A stretch of DNA of 64,000 nucleotides from Gemmatimonadales bacterium (lineage in GTDB: Bacteria > Gemmatimonadota > Gemmatimonadetes > Gemmatimonadales > GWC2-71-9). Below, in pieces: positions 40,737-50,493 of this stretch. Each line of letters begins with the position of its first letter. Positions within the stretch are counted from its first letter, which is position 1. The notes beneath the pieces were generated by a model. The model was not told the DNA's origin. It worked only from the letters and a program-made list of their open reading frames with translations, and did not search any database. The position numbers and the translations under genes are program-made. The stretch spans positions 103,585 through 167,584 of the forward strand of contig JAWKQM010000006.1 in NCBI GenBank assembly GCA_041390145.1, given 5' to 3'.

Positions 40737-41209
40737 TGCCGATCCGACTCTGTCGTATCGACGATCGCCTGATTCACGGGCAAGTGGTGCTCGGCTGGGC
40801 GCGCACCCTTGGCATCGGCGACATCGTGCTGGTCGACGACGAGGTGGCCGCCAGTCCCTGGGAGCAGGATCTCTACCGGATGGCGGTCCCCCCGGAGCTG
40901 CAGGTGGAGTTCGTCAACACCGCGCAGGCCCGTCAGCGGCTGGCCGCGTGGCAGAGTGGTCCACTCGCCGTCCTCATCCTCACCGGCTCCATTGAGACGA
41001 TGGCGCGGCTGCTCGAGGACGTTCCCCATCCCCCCGCGGTCAATCTCGGCGGCATCCATCATCGCGATGGGCGGACCGAACGATTGCCATATCTCTACCT
41101 GACGGACGAGGAACTCGCCCAGCTCCAGCGGCTCCGGGCCGCCGGCATCGAGGTGTCCGCCGAGGACGTCCCCGGCGCCGGGGCCGTCCGGCTCGAGTCG
41201 CTTGCATGA
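40736..41209 (+). CDS. PTS mannose/sorbose-family EIIB component
   Basis: ORF 40391..41209 is trimmed to the ATG at 40736. RIDDRLIHGQVV is the EIIB-Man phospho-histidine motif. Confidence 0.85.
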   Translation: MPIRLCRIDDRLIHGQVVLGWARTLGIGDIVLVDDEVAASPWEQDLYRMAVPPELQVEFVNTAQARQRLAAWQSGPLAVLILTGSIETMARLLEDVPHPPAVNLGGIHHRDGRTERLPYLYLTDEELAQLQRLRAAGIEVSAEDVPGAGAVRLESLA

Positions 41210-41899
41210 ATCCCGAACACCTCCTCCTGCTGCTGGCGGCACTGCTGGGATGGGGCACCATCGTTGGACTGGACCTGGTCAGCGTGCCGCAGGGGTTGCT
41301 GGCACGCCCGCTGGTGGCTGGGGCGGCAGCCGGCTGGCTGGTCGGCGACGTTCGAGGGCCGGGCTGCGGGTCGGGGCGGTGCTGGAGCTCTTCGCGCTGG
41401 ACGTGCTGCCTGTCGGGGCGAGCAGGTACCCCGAGTACGGCCCCGCCACGGTGGGCGCCGTGGCCGCGGCAGCCTTTCTGCCCCCGCCTTGGGTACAGGG
41501 GTTGGGGTACTCCTCGGCCTGGTCGTCGCGCTGATCGCGGCCCGGACACTCGACTGGCTGCGTCACGCGAACGCACGACACGTGCATCGGCTGACCGAAG
41601 AACTGGACGGTGGCTCCCTGGGCGCGATCTACCGCCTCCAGTGGGCGGGGATCGCGCGGGATGCCGTTCGAAGCGCGGGGGTCACCGCCGTCGGGTTGCT
41701 GCTCGCGCTGGCGCTGATGACCTGGATGCGCGTCGAGTGGATGCCGCCGTTGCTGACCCCGGTCCTCGTGGGCGTCGGTCTGGCATCGGCGCTGCATGGC
41801 GCGCTTCGCACGGCGGGGCGGGGGCGCCGCCTCGCATGGCTGGGGCTCGGAGTGGCCACCGGGGTCCTCGTCGTGGTCGGATTCGGGACCCTCGCGTGA
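41206..41899 (+). pseudogene. PTS mannose-family EIIC component, reading frame broken twice (about 41356 and about 41481-41485)
   Basis: The protein-like sequence runs frame 1 (MNPEHLLLLLAALLGWG..PLVAGAAAGWLVGDV), then frame 0 (AGLRVGAVLELFALDVLPVGASRYPEYGP..AAAAFL), then frame 2 (GVGVLLGLVVALIAARTLDWLRHAN...VVGFGTLA*). Both junctions sit at G/C homopolymers. Confidence 0.7.
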
Positions 41900-42639
41900 A
41901 AGGGCGCGGGCGGGCACTGATGCGGTTGATGGCCGTCCAGGGGGCGTGGAGTTACGAGCGGATGATCGGCGTCGGCATGGGGTACGCCTCGCAACCGCTC
42001 CTGAAAGACCTGGGGGCCGGGGATCCGAACCGGCTCCGGGAGGCGACGGCAAGGTCGGCCGAGTTCTTCAACTGTCACCCGTACCTGGCCGGCCTCGCCC
42101 TGGGGGCCTCGGCACGAGCCGAACATGACGGAGTGCCGGGAGCGCAGATCCAGCGTCTGCGCACCGCGCTCTGCAGCCCCCTCGGCGCCCTCGGCGACCA
42201 GCTGTTCTGGGCCGGCCTGGTCCCGGCCCTGATGTCGCTGGCGCTGGTGGGCCTCGCCCTTGGGGCCGGCGCGTGGATCCTGCTGCCGCTCGTGGTGCTG
42301 TACAACGTGGTCCGGGTGCTCGTCACCCGCTGGGCGCTCCTGACCGGACTCGACACCGGCCTGCAGGTGGGGACGGCCATCTCCGCCTCGTGGCTCCCGA
42401 AGGCCGTGTCGCGAATTGCCGGGCCGGCGGGGTTCTGCGCGGGGATGGCGCTGCCGATCGCCGGTGCCTGGTTGTTGGCGCCGTGGGTGGCTGCGATCCG
42501 CGCCCCGGTCCTGGTGACGCTCTTGAGCGGTGCCATCACGCTGGCGGCGCGACGGTGGGGCGGGGCGCGCTGGTCGTCACTCCGCGTCGGGCTGGTGCTG
42601 GCCGCATTCACTCTACTCTGGACGAGGTTTTCGCCGTGA
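41896..42639 (+). CDS. PTS mannose-family EIID component
   Basis: GTG at 41896 overlaps the EIIC stop. Motifs: QGAWSYERMIGVGMGYA, FFNCHPYLAG, GALGDQLFW. Confidence 0.8.
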   Translation: MKGRGRALMRLMAVQGAWSYERMIGVGMGYASQPLLKDLGAGDPNRLREATARSAEFFNCHPYLAGLALGASARAEHDGVPGAQIQRLRTALCSPLGALGDQLFWAGLVPALMSLALVGLALGAGAWILLPLVVLYNVVRVLVTRWALLTGLDTGLQVGTAISASWLPKAVSRIAGPAGFCAGMALPIAGAWLLAPWVAAIRAPVLVTLLSGAITLAARRWGGARWSSLRVGLVLAAFTLLWTRFSP

Positions 42640-42902
42640 TCGAACGCCAAGCGACGATCGTGAATCCGCTGGGAATGCACGCCCGGCCGGCGGCCCGTCT
42701 GGTCAAGCTGGCCTCCGGCTTCCAGTCGCACATTGAACTCGTCAAGGACGACCTGGCGATCAACGGCAAGAGCATCATGGGTGTCATGATGCTCGCGGCC
42801 GAATGTGGCAGCAGCATCACGATCCGGGCCGAGGGGCCGGATGCCGAGGCCGCCCTCGACGCGCTCGTCACGCTGGTGGCGGAGGGGTTTGGCGAATCGT
42901 GA
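42636..42902 (+). CDS. ptsH: phosphocarrier protein HPr
   Basis: 88 aa from the GTG at 42636. His-15 context GMHARPA and Ser-46 context NGKSIMGVM are both present. Confidence 0.92.
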   Translation: MIERQATIVNPLGMHARPAARLVKLASGFQSHIELVKDDLAINGKSIMGVMMLAAECGSSITIRAEGPDAEAALDALVTLVAEGFGES

Positions 42903-44710
42903 CCGATCCGCGCCGGTTGCAGGGAATCGGGGTGTCCCCCGGGGTGGGCTTTGCGCCCGCCATGGTGGTGCACTGGGGGTTTCCGGACGTCCCTGACCGG
43001 ACGGTGACGGAGCCGCAACTCGAGGGTGAAGTCGCCCGCCTGCACGCGGCGGTACGGGAAGCCGTGGCGGGGTTGGAGACGCTGCGGGAGCGCGTGCTGG
43101 TCCGGGCCGGGGTGGAGGAGTCGCGGATTTTCGAGGCGCAGATCCTGATGGTCCAGGATCCCGACTTCCTGGCCGGCGTCGAGTTGCTCATCCGGAAGAA
43201 CCTGCTGAGCGCGGAGACGGCCTACGAATTCAAGGCGCTCGAGCTCCGGAACCTCTGGGCGAGTTCCGGCAGTGCGCAACTTCGCGAGCGGCTGGCGGAT
43301 CTGACCGCGATTCAGCGGCGGGTCGTGTTGAAGCTGATGGGGCAGGCGGAGCGCGAGCCGTGGTCCGGCACGCTCGACGAGCAGGTGATCGTCGTGGCCC
43401 ACGAGCTTTCTCCCGGCCTGACGGTGCAGCTCGACCGGGAGCATGTGGTGGGGCTGCTGAGCGAGGAGGGCACCCGAACCTCGCATGCCGCCATCCTGGC
43501 GCACTCCCTTGGCATTCCGGCGGTGATGGGCGTGGCGGGGGCCATCCAGCGCGTTCGGGACGGCCAGATGATTCTTATCGACGGTCGCACCGGCACGGTG
43601 ATTCTGGAACCGACGCGGGGTGAGCTGGAAGAAGCGAAGACCCGGCTGCACCGGCGCCACCGGCTCGAGCTGAAGCTTGAGGCGGGGCTGTCGGCACCCG
43701 CCGTCACGCCGGACGGGCGGCGCCTGTCACTCCGGGGCAACGTTGACCTGCCGGAAGAGATCGAGACGGCTGTGCGGCACGGGGCAGAGGGCGTCGGTCT
43801 CCTGCGCACCGAATTTCTCCTGACCGGCCGCGCGGTGGTGCCAACCGAGTCCGAGCAGACCGAATATTTCAAACGGGTGGCACAGGCGTTTCCCGGCCAG
43901 CCGGTCGTGGTGCGGACGTTCGACCTCGGCGGCGACAAGTTTCCCGTGGCTTTCGACGCGCCGATCGAGGCGAATCCCTTCCTCGGATGGCGTTCGATTC
44001 GGGTGTGTCTCGACCATCCCGAAATCTTCCGGCCCCAGATCAGGGCCATCCTGCGCGCCGCCGTGGGGCGGGACATCCGCATGATGCTGCCGCTCATCAC
44101 GCGGGTCGACGAGGTCCAGCAGGTGCGCGACCTGGTCGATGAGGAGCGGGCGGTCCTGCTGGCCAACGGAGAGCAGGCGGCGGAACGCATCCTCATCGGC
44201 GTCATGATCGAGACACCCGCGGCGGTCATCCTGGCCGACCGGCTGGCCGCAGTTTCCGATTTCTTCAGTGTGGGGACCAACGACCTCACGCAATACACGC
44301 TGGTGGTGGACCGCGGCAACGCGCGTCTCGCGGACCGTTTCCGGACCGAGCATCCCGCCATTCTCCGGCAGCTGCGATCGGTGCACCTGGCGGCCAGTGC
44401 CGCCGGCATCCCCGTCAGCATCTGCGGGGAGATGGCCTCGGAACCGCTGTCCGCGGTGCTCCTGATGGGACTGGGATTCGTGGAGTTGAGCGTGGCGCCA
44501 CCGGCCCTCCCACTGCTCAAGCTGATCGTGCGCAGCGTCCCGGCGTCGGTGGCCGAGGCGGCCGCCACGGAGGCGCTCGAGGCGGCCACCTCCGAGGAGG
44601 TCCGAGCCATCTTGCGCACCGCCGTCGGGGCGCACCTTGATCTTGCGCTGATCGATCCGGCCGGCGCGTTGCCCACGTATCGACCGCCCACTAGTATTCC
44701 ATCGAACTGA
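42899..44710 (+). CDS. ptsI: phosphoenolpyruvate--protein phosphotransferase (Enzyme I)
   Basis: GTG at 42899 overlaps the ptsH stop. Motifs: [19 protein letters not shown] (phospho-His), [24 protein letters not shown]. Confidence 0.93.
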   Translation: MTDPRRLQGIGVSPGVGFAPAMVVHWGFPDVPDRTVTEPQLEGEVARLHAAVREAVAGLETLRERVLVRAGVEESRIFEAQILMVQDPDFLAGVELLIRKNLLSAETAYEFKALELRNLWASSGSAQLRERLADLTAIQRRVVLKLMGQAEREPWSGTLDEQVIVVAHELSPGLTVQLDREHVVGLLSEEGTRTSHAAILAHSLGIPAVMGVAGAIQRVRDGQMILIDGRTGTVILEPTRGELEEAKTRLHRRHRLELKLEAGLSAPAVTPDGRRLSLRGNVDLPEEIETAVRHGAEGVGLLRTEFLLTGRAVVPTESEQTEYFKRVAQAFPGQPVVVRTFDLGGDKFPVAFDAPIEANPFLGWRSIRVCLDHPEIFRPQIRAILRAAVGRDIRMMLPLITRVDEVQQVRDLVDEERAVLLANGEQAAERILIGVMIETPAAVILADRLAAVSDFFSVGTNDLTQYTLVVDRGNARLADRFRTEHPAILRQLRSVHLAASAAGIPVSICGEMASEPLSAVLLMGLGFVELSVAPPALPLLKLIVRSVPASVAEAAATEALEAATSEEVRAILRTAVGAHLDLALIDPAGALPTYRPPTSIPSN

Positions 44711-44741
44711 CCGCTCTCATTCTTCTCTCAATGGTTGCCTG

Positions 44742-45977
44742 ATGACTGCCAAGCGCGTGAAGCACAAGCGATACCTGTTCACGTCCGAGTCCGTGACCGA
44801 GGGCCACCCGGACAAGGTGGCCGACCAGATTTCCGATGCCGTGCTCGACGCGATCCTCGCTGAGGACCCGCACGGGCGCGTGGCGTGCGAGACGCTGGTC
44901 ACCACCGGCATGGTCATGGTCTCCGGCGAGATCACCACCAAGACCTACGTGGACATCCCGGGCATCGTCCGGCGGACCATTGAGCGGATCGGCTACAACG
45001 ACGCCACGCACGGCTTCGACGCGCACACCTGCGCGGTGCTCTCGTCGATCGGGCGTCAATCGCCCGATATCGCCATGGGGGTGGACGAGACCGGCGACAA
45101 GGCGCAGGGCGCCGGCGACCAGGGGATGATGTTCGGGTATGCCACGCGCGAGACCCGCGAGCGGATGCCGCTCCCGATCATGCTCGCCCACCGGATTGCC
45201 GAGCGGCTGGCGGCAGTCCGCAAGGGTGCCCACGGCCTCGATCGGCTCGAGTGGCTCCGGCCGGACGGGAAGTCCCAGGTGTCGGTCGAGTACGAGGGGA
45301 ACAAGCCGGTGGCGGTGCGCACCGTGGTGGTGTCGACCCAGCACGCCGAGCGGCACGCAGGCCGGCAACTGGCGCAGTCGACCATCCGGCAGGCCATCAT
45401 CGAGCATGTCATTCGCCCGGTGCTGGAGAAGGCGGGCTTCGGCGACACGCGGGTCAAGTTCCTCATCAACCCGACCGGCCGCTTCGTCATCGGCGGCCCG
45501 CATGGCGACGCCGGACTGACCGGTCGGAAGATCATCGTGGACACCTACGGCGGCATGGCGCGACATGGTGGCGGCGCCTTCAGCGGCAAGGACCCGTCGA
45601 AGGTGGACCGCAGCGCCACCTATGCCGCCCGGTGGGTGGCCAAGAACATCGTCGAGGCCAAGCTCGCCGAACGGTGCGAGGTGCAGGTGGCCTACGCCAT
45701 CGGTGTCGCCGAGCCGGTGTCCATCATGGTGGATACGTTCGGGACCGGCGTCATGCCCGACGAGCGCCTGGAGCGCGTGGTCCGGCGGGCGTTTGACCTC
45801 ACGCCGCGAGGCATCATCACCGCGCTGAAGCTCAAGCGCCCCATCTATGGACCGACCGCCGCCTACGGCCATTTCGGCCGGAAACCGGTCAAGGCCAAGG
45901 TGAACGGGCGGGTGCAGGAGTTCTTCACGTGGGAACAGCCCAGCCGGGTGCGCGCCCTGCTCAGCGAAGCGCGGTAG
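44742..45977 (+). CDS. metK: S-adenosylmethionine synthase
   Basis: 411 aa. Motifs: [41 protein letters not shown]. Confidence 0.97.
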   Translation: MTAKRVKHKRYLFTSESVTEGHPDKVADQISDAVLDAILAEDPHGRVACETLVTTGMVMVSGEITTKTYVDIPGIVRRTIERIGYNDATHGFDAHTCAVLSSIGRQSPDIAMGVDETGDKAQGAGDQGMMFGYATRETRERMPLPIMLAHRIAERLAAVRKGAHGLDRLEWLRPDGKSQVSVEYEGNKPVAVRTVVVSTQHAERHAGRQLAQSTIRQAIIEHVIRPVLEKAGFGDTRVKFLINPTGRFVIGGPHGDAGLTGRKIIVDTYGGMARHGGGAFSGKDPSKVDRSATYAARWVAKNIVEAKLAERCEVQVAYAIGVAEPVSIMVDTFGTGVMPDERLERVVRRAFDLTPRGIITALKLKRPIYGPTAAYGHFGRKPVKAKVNGRVQEFFTWEQPSRVRALLSEAR

Positions 45978-45984
45978 TGCCCCG

Positions 45985-46476
45985 ATGATCGAGGTTCAGG
46001 TGGCGCATCTCGGCCTCGATCAGAACACGAACAGCCCCGTGGTCCTGCTGAAGGAGCGCGATGGGGAGCGGGTCCTGCCGATCTGGATCGGGCCCGCCGA
46101 GGCGAGCGCCATCGCCATGGAACTGCAGGGGGTCAAGGCGCAACGACCCATGACGCACGACCTTCTGAAGCACGTGATCGTCGGATTGGGCGGCGAACTG
46201 CGCCGGGTCACGATCACGAACGTCCGGGACAATACCTATTTTGCCGAACTGCTTATCCGCCGCGACGAACAGATGGTCCAGGTCGATGCCCGCCCTTCCG
46301 ACAGCATCGCGCTGGCGCTCCGGCTCCGGGCGCCGATCTTCACCACGGATGACCTCCTCAATCACAGCGGGACCGATGCCGGCCCGCCGGCACCCGAGCG
46401 TCGGCTCGACGCCGAGTCTCTCAAACAGTACCTGGAAAAGCTTGATCCGCAGGATTTCGGCCGCTTCACGCCGTAG
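45985..46476 (+). CDS. bifunctional nuclease family protein (DUF151/BFN)
   Basis: 163 aa. VVLLKERDGERVLPIWIGPAEASAIA...RPMTHDLL is the typical DUF151 core. Confidence 0.8.
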   Translation: MIEVQVAHLGLDQNTNSPVVLLKERDGERVLPIWIGPAEASAIAMELQGVKAQRPMTHDLLKHVIVGLGGELRRVTITNVRDNTYFAELLIRRDEQMVQVDARPSDSIALALRLRAPIFTTDDLLNHSGTDAGPPAPERRLDAESLKQYLEKLDPQDFGRFTP

Positions 46477-47572
46477 TGCCGCCCTCGTGGGAGCCGGGGT
46501 TGCGCTCCTCACCGCCTCGCCTCTCGCGGGGCAAGTCCCCCTCAGCGTCTCCGGAACGGTTGTCCGCGTGCACGATGGCGACTCCACGTCCGTGGCGGGC
46601 GTCCCCGTCACGCTGCACCGGGTCGGCCGCACCGCCCAGGGCGCGATCGATTCGACGGTGTCGGATCGTGACGGAGCCTTCCGTTTTCGCAGCGTCGGTG
46701 ACACGGCGGCGATCTACCTGGCGAGTGCGCGGTATGCGGGGATCGAGTACTTCAGCGAACCGATGCGCGCGCCTGGGGCGGGGAGGATCCGGCTCGTGGT
46801 GTCCGACACCTCCTCCTCCGCCCCGGTGCGGCTCGGGAGCCGCCATGTGATCATCCGGCCTCCCGATGAATCCGGGACGCGGGCGGTCCTCGATCTCCTT
46901 ACCATCCGGAACGACGGTCCGGACACCCGCGTCGGCCGCGACAGCCTGGGCGCCTCATGGGCACTCGAACTCCCCGCCGGTGCGCTGCAGCCCGAGGTGT
47001 CGGAGGGGGACGTCAGCCCGACGGCCATCCGGTTCCAGGGTGATTCGATCCTGGTTCTGGCGCCGATCGCGCCCGGCCGCAAGAACATCATGGTCAGCTA
47101 TCGCCTCCCGGTCGCGGTGAATAAGCCAAGCTGGCTGTCGCCGGTCGACTCGTTCGATCTGCTGGTCGAGGAGCCCGGTGCGACCGTGCAGGGCGCCGGG
47201 CTCGCGGCCGTTGCACCGGTCGAGCTCATGGGAAGCACGCTTCGGCGCTGGACGGCCGTGCCTCCGACCGGCGCGTCGGGTGAAGTGGACTTCAGCGCGG
47301 CGTCCGGACTCGGAAAGGCCCTCTACTGGCTGGTCGGAGTCGTCGGGCTCCTGTTGCTCGGTGGGGCAGGACTCGCCTTCCGCCGGGCACGCCGGACCGG
47401 CGACATGACCGCAGCCGCCGCCCCCGTGAACTTCATCGACGAGCTGGCCCGCCTCGACGCGAAGTACGTCGGCAGGCAGGATGAAGTCCCGGCGAAGGAA
47501 TGGGCGGCGTACGAAGTGGAGCGGGCGCGACTCAAATCAGCCGCCCTTGCCCGGGGCCGCTCCCGACCGTAG
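46442..47572 (+). CDS. hypothetical secreted, C-terminally anchored protein with carboxypeptidase-regulatory-like N-terminal domain
   Basis: Start proposed at TTG 46442 (MIRRISAASRRSAALVGAGVALLTASPLAGQ signal peptide); the alternative is GTG 46487. SGTVV...GVPVTLHRV...DGAFRF is a CarboxypepD_reg-like pattern. TM helix near the C-terminus. Confidence 0.5.
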   Translation: MIRRISAASRRSAALVGAGVALLTASPLAGQVPLSVSGTVVRVHDGDSTSVAGVPVTLHRVGRTAQGAIDSTVSDRDGAFRFRSVGDTAAIYLASARYAGIEYFSEPMRAPGAGRIRLVVSDTSSSAPVRLGSRHVIIRPPDESGTRAVLDLLTIRNDGPDTRVGRDSLGASWALELPAGALQPEVSEGDVSPTAIRFQGDSILVLAPIAPGRKNIMVSYRLPVAVNKPSWLSPVDSFDLLVEEPGATVQGAGLAAVAPVELMGSTLRRWTAVPPTGASGEVDFSAASGLGKALYWLVGVVGLLLLGGAGLAFRRARRTGDMTAAAAPVNFIDELARLDAKYVGRQDEVPAKEWAAYEVERARLKSAALARGRSRP

Positions 47573-47599
47573 GTTTGCGGCAGTCATAACTGATCGACA

Positions 47600-47773
47600 G
47601 CGAACGCAGATTTTCGGAAGCCGGTGCAATTCCGGCGCGGCCCCGCCACTGTAACGGGCAACATTCTCCGCTCACGACGCCACTGGGAAACCGGGAAGGC
47701 GAGCGGAGGCCCGAAGCCAGGAGACCTCTCCGTTCGCGCCACCGCAAGTTCCCTCGGGGGAGGGACTGGTGGC
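47600..47773 (+). promoter_or_regulatory. cobalamin (B12) riboswitch: aptamer 47600-47737 plus SD/start-sequestering hairpin 47738-47773
   Basis: Conserved core GGAAGCCGGTGCAATTCCGGCGCGGCCCCGCCACTGTAA, then GCCACTGGGAAACCGGGAAGGC, and the B12 box GAAGCCAGGAGACCTC at 47713-47728. P1 pairs GCGAACG (47600-06) with CGTTCGC (47731-37). The downstream hairpin contains GGAGG (47759-63) and the GTG at 47769. Confidence 0.87.
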
Positions 47774-48731
47774 GTGCCCCGGTGTCATTCTGCCGAGTCC
47801 CGCCCATCTCCGCCCTCCCGGAAGTGGGCGATTTTCTTTGAGACAGAGCCGTCGCTCCAGCTGGTTGTTCGTCGCGCTCCTGCTCGGCATGGCGGCGTGC
47901 AGCGAGGGACGGGCACCCGCGTCCGCGCCGCTCACGGCGGTGGACGATCTAGGCGACACGGTGCGCCTCGCCGCGCCGGCCACCCGAATCGTGTCGCTCA
48001 TCCCGGCCACAACCGAGCTGCTCTTTGCCCTCGGGCTTGGGGATCGCGTTGTGGGGCGCACCACCTGGTGCGACTATCCCGCCGCCGCGAGCCAGGTGCC
48101 CAGCCTCGGCGATGGTCTCCAACCCAACCTCGAAGCGATCGTCGCTGCGCGACCGGACCTGGTCGTCCTGTACAACTCCACCCAAAATGTCACGGCGGCC
48201 GAGCGGCTCCGCGCCCAGCAGATTCCGACGCTGCTCGTCAACACCGATCACCTCTCGGATGTGCCACGCCTCGCCCGCCTGCTCGCGCCGCTCGCCGGCA
48301 ATGCCGCCGCGGGCGACAGCCTCGCCCGCCGTTTCGAGGCCGAGCTGGACAGCGCCACCGTTCGGGCTCCCGCAGTGGAGAAGCGCATCCTGATCCTGGC
48401 TTGGGATCAGCCGCCGATCGCCATCGGGGCGGGGAGCTTTCTCAGCGAGCTGGTCGCGCGGGCCGGTGCACGAAATGTTTTCGACGACCTCGCGGCACCC
48501 TCTGCACCCGTGAGCCTGGAGGCGATCGCCAGTCGCAACGTCGATGCCGTGCTCGTGCTGGGGGACACGCTGCCGGCATGGGCCGGCCGACCCGAGTGGC
48601 AGGCGGTCAGCGCGGTGCGTGCGCATCGGTTTGTCTATGTGCCGGCAGACCTCTTCAGCCGCCCGAGTCCGCGAAGTCCTGCGGCGCTGCGGGCGCTGAT
48701 TGCCGCCCTGCAGACGGGAACCGCCTCGTGA
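47769..48731 (+). CDS. ABC transporter periplasmic substrate-binding lipoprotein, BtuF/FhuD (TroA-like) family; probable cobalamin-binding
   Basis: RIVSLIPATTELLFALGLGDRVVG, PNLEAIVAARPDLVV and the lipobox LLGMAAC. The riboswitch lies directly upstream. The GTG at 47769 has a good SD; an alternative TTG at 47838 would give a shorter signal peptide. Confidence 0.8.
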   Translation: MACPGVILPSPAHLRPPGSGRFSLRQSRRSSWLFVALLLGMAACSEGRAPASAPLTAVDDLGDTVRLAAPATRIVSLIPATTELLFALGLGDRVVGRTTWCDYPAAASQVPSLGDGLQPNLEAIVAARPDLVVLYNSTQNVTAAERLRAQQIPTLLVNTDHLSDVPRLARLLAPLAGNAAAGDSLARRFEAELDSATVRAPAVEKRILILAWDQPPIAIGAGSFLSELVARAGARNVFDDLAAPSAPVSLEAIASRNVDAVLVLGDTLPAWAGRPEWQAVSAVRAHRFVYVPADLFSRPSPRSPAALRALIAALQTGTAS

Positions 48732-49702
48732 CCCGGGGCCGGTGGACCGTCCTGCTCGGTGCCGCCGCGCTGGCCCTGCTCGCCGGGCTCGTGGCAGGTG
48801 CGGTCGACATCGGGTGGGAGGGACTGCTGGGCGCCTTCTTCCCGGCGCCCACGGGCGACGCCGCCCTCGTGCGGTACCTGCGGATGCCCCGTGTCCTCTT
48901 GGCCTTCCTTGTGGGCGGCGCGCTCTCGGTGGCGGGGGCCTCGCTCCAGGCCCTGGTGAGGAATCCCCTCGCCGACCCGTACCTGGTCGGATTGTCCGGC
49001 GGGGCGGGTCTCGGCGCCGTCCTGGCCATCGCGCTCCACCTCGGCGGCGTGTGGGCGGTGCCGATCGCTGCGTTCGCTGGTGCGCTGGGCGCCGTCGCCA
49101 TCGTCTACCGACTCAGCGTCGTCACGGGGCGCCGACTCGATCCCCATGTCCTCCTGCTCGGCGGCGTCGTCGTCGGGGCCTTCGCCGGTTCCCTGATGAG
49201 CGCGGTAATCATTCTTGCGCCTGCGGCGGAACTGCGCAGTGCCATGCTATGGCTCCTCGGGGGCTTCGGCATGGCTTCGTGGCCGGCGGTCGTGATTTTT
49301 GCCGCGTACGCCCTGGTGCCGCTCGGCCTGCTCGCCGCGAGTGCCCGCGGGCTCGACCTCCTCACGCTCGGGGAGGAGAACGCGCAGCACCTCGGCGCCG
49401 AGGTGGAAGTGCTCAAGCGGCGGGTGTATCTGTCGGTGGCGGCGCTCACGGGAGCCGCCGTCGCCGTGTCCGGTATCATCGGATTCGTCGGGCTCGTGGT
49501 GCCGCACGTGATGCGGCGGTGGGGCGGGCCGTTGCACCGGCAACTCCTCCCGGCGGCGTTTCTGGCCGGTGGTGGGTTCCTCGTGCTGTCCGATCTCCTG
49601 GCGCGGAGCCTGTTCCGGCCGATGGAACTGCCCGTCGGCGTCGTCACGGCGCTGGTCGGGGTGCCGATCTTTGCCCTCCAACTGCGGCGGTCGATGCAAT
49701 GA
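48728..49702 (+). CDS. FecCD/BtuC-family ABC transporter permease
   Basis: The long ORF 47624..49702 is trimmed to the GTG at 48728 (GTGA overlap). Motifs: RMPRVLLAFLVGGALSVAGASLQALVRNPLADPY, GVVTALVGVPIFA. Confidence 0.88.
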   Translation: MTRGRWTVLLGAAALALLAGLVAGAVDIGWEGLLGAFFPAPTGDAALVRYLRMPRVLLAFLVGGALSVAGASLQALVRNPLADPYLVGLSGGAGLGAVLAIALHLGGVWAVPIAAFAGALGAVAIVYRLSVVTGRRLDPHVLLLGGVVVGAFAGSLMSAVIILAPAAELRSAMLWLLGGFGMASWPAVVIFAAYALVPLGLLAASARGLDLLTLGEENAQHLGAEVEVLKRRVYLSVAALTGAAVAVSGIIGFVGLVVPHVMRRWGGPLHRQLLPAAFLAGGGFLVLSDLLARSLFRPMELPVGVVTALVGVPIFALQLRRSMQ

Positions 49703-50493
49703 CGCTGCGCGGCGTGAATCTCGGCGTCCGGTATCCCGGCGCACCGCTCCCGGCGCTCCGGCAGGTGAACTGCGAGGTGGCGCCAGGGCGCCTGCTGGCC
49801 GTCGTGGGCCCGAACGGAAGCGGCAAGTCGACGCTCCTCCGGGCGCTGCTCGGCCTTGCCGAACTCGAGTCAGGGACGGTGACGCTCAAAGGCCGCCTGT
49901 TGGCCGACTGGCGGAGACCGGAGATCGCCACGGTCCTTGGGGTGGTGAGTCAGCGGGAGGAGATCCTCTTCCCGCTCACTGTGGAAGAAGCCGTCCTCAT
50001 GGCCCGCTACGCGCGCCTTGGACCGCTGGCGCCTCCCGGCGAGCGCGATCGGGCCGCCGTACGCGACGCGCTCGAGCGGTGTGACGCCTGGTCGCTTCGG
50101 CACCGCCGGACGGAAACGCTCTCCGGCGGTGAATGGCAGCGGGTCCGGGTGGCGCGGGCCCTGGCCCAGGAACCCGAAGCCCTGCTCCTCGATGAGCCGA
50201 CCGTGGCGCTCGACGTGCGCCACGAGATGGAGGTCTTCGAGCTGGTGCGCGCCCTGGTCGACGCCGGACTCGGGGCGCTGGTCATCACGCACCACCTCAA
50301 CCTCGCGGCGCGGTACGCCGACGAGCTGCTGCTGCTCAACGAAGGCAGGGAAGTGGCGCACGGGACACCCGCCGAGGTGCTGCGCGAGGAAACGCTCTCA
50401 TCCGTCTTCCAGTGGCCCGTGGCGGTATCGCCGTGGCGAGACGGCGCGCCACAGGTGGTTCCCCTCCGTCCCACGGAGGTGCAGCGTCCATGA
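49699..50493 (+). CDS. ABC transporter ATP-binding protein (BtuD/FecE-like)
   Basis: ATG at 49699 (ATGA overlap). Walker A GPNGSGKST, signature LSGGEWQR, Walker B LLLDEP. Confidence 0.9.
   Translation: MTLRGVNLGVRYPGAPLPALRQVNCEVAPGRLLAVVGPNGSGKSTLLRALLGLAELESGTVTLKGRLLADWRRPEIATVLGVVSQREEILFPLTVEEAVLMARYARLGPLAPPGERDRAAVRDALERCDAWSLRHRRTETLSGGEWQRVRVARALAQEPEALLLDEPTVALDVRHEMEVFELVRALVDAGLGALVITHHLNLAARYADELLLLNEGREVAHGTPAEVLREETLSSVFQWPVAVSPWRDGAPQVVPLRPTEVQRP

Noticed and set aside
44711-44741. Possible SAM riboswitch or leader upstream of metK.
   Set aside because: The gap is only 31 nt, too short for any SAM aptamer, and no conserved elements were seen.
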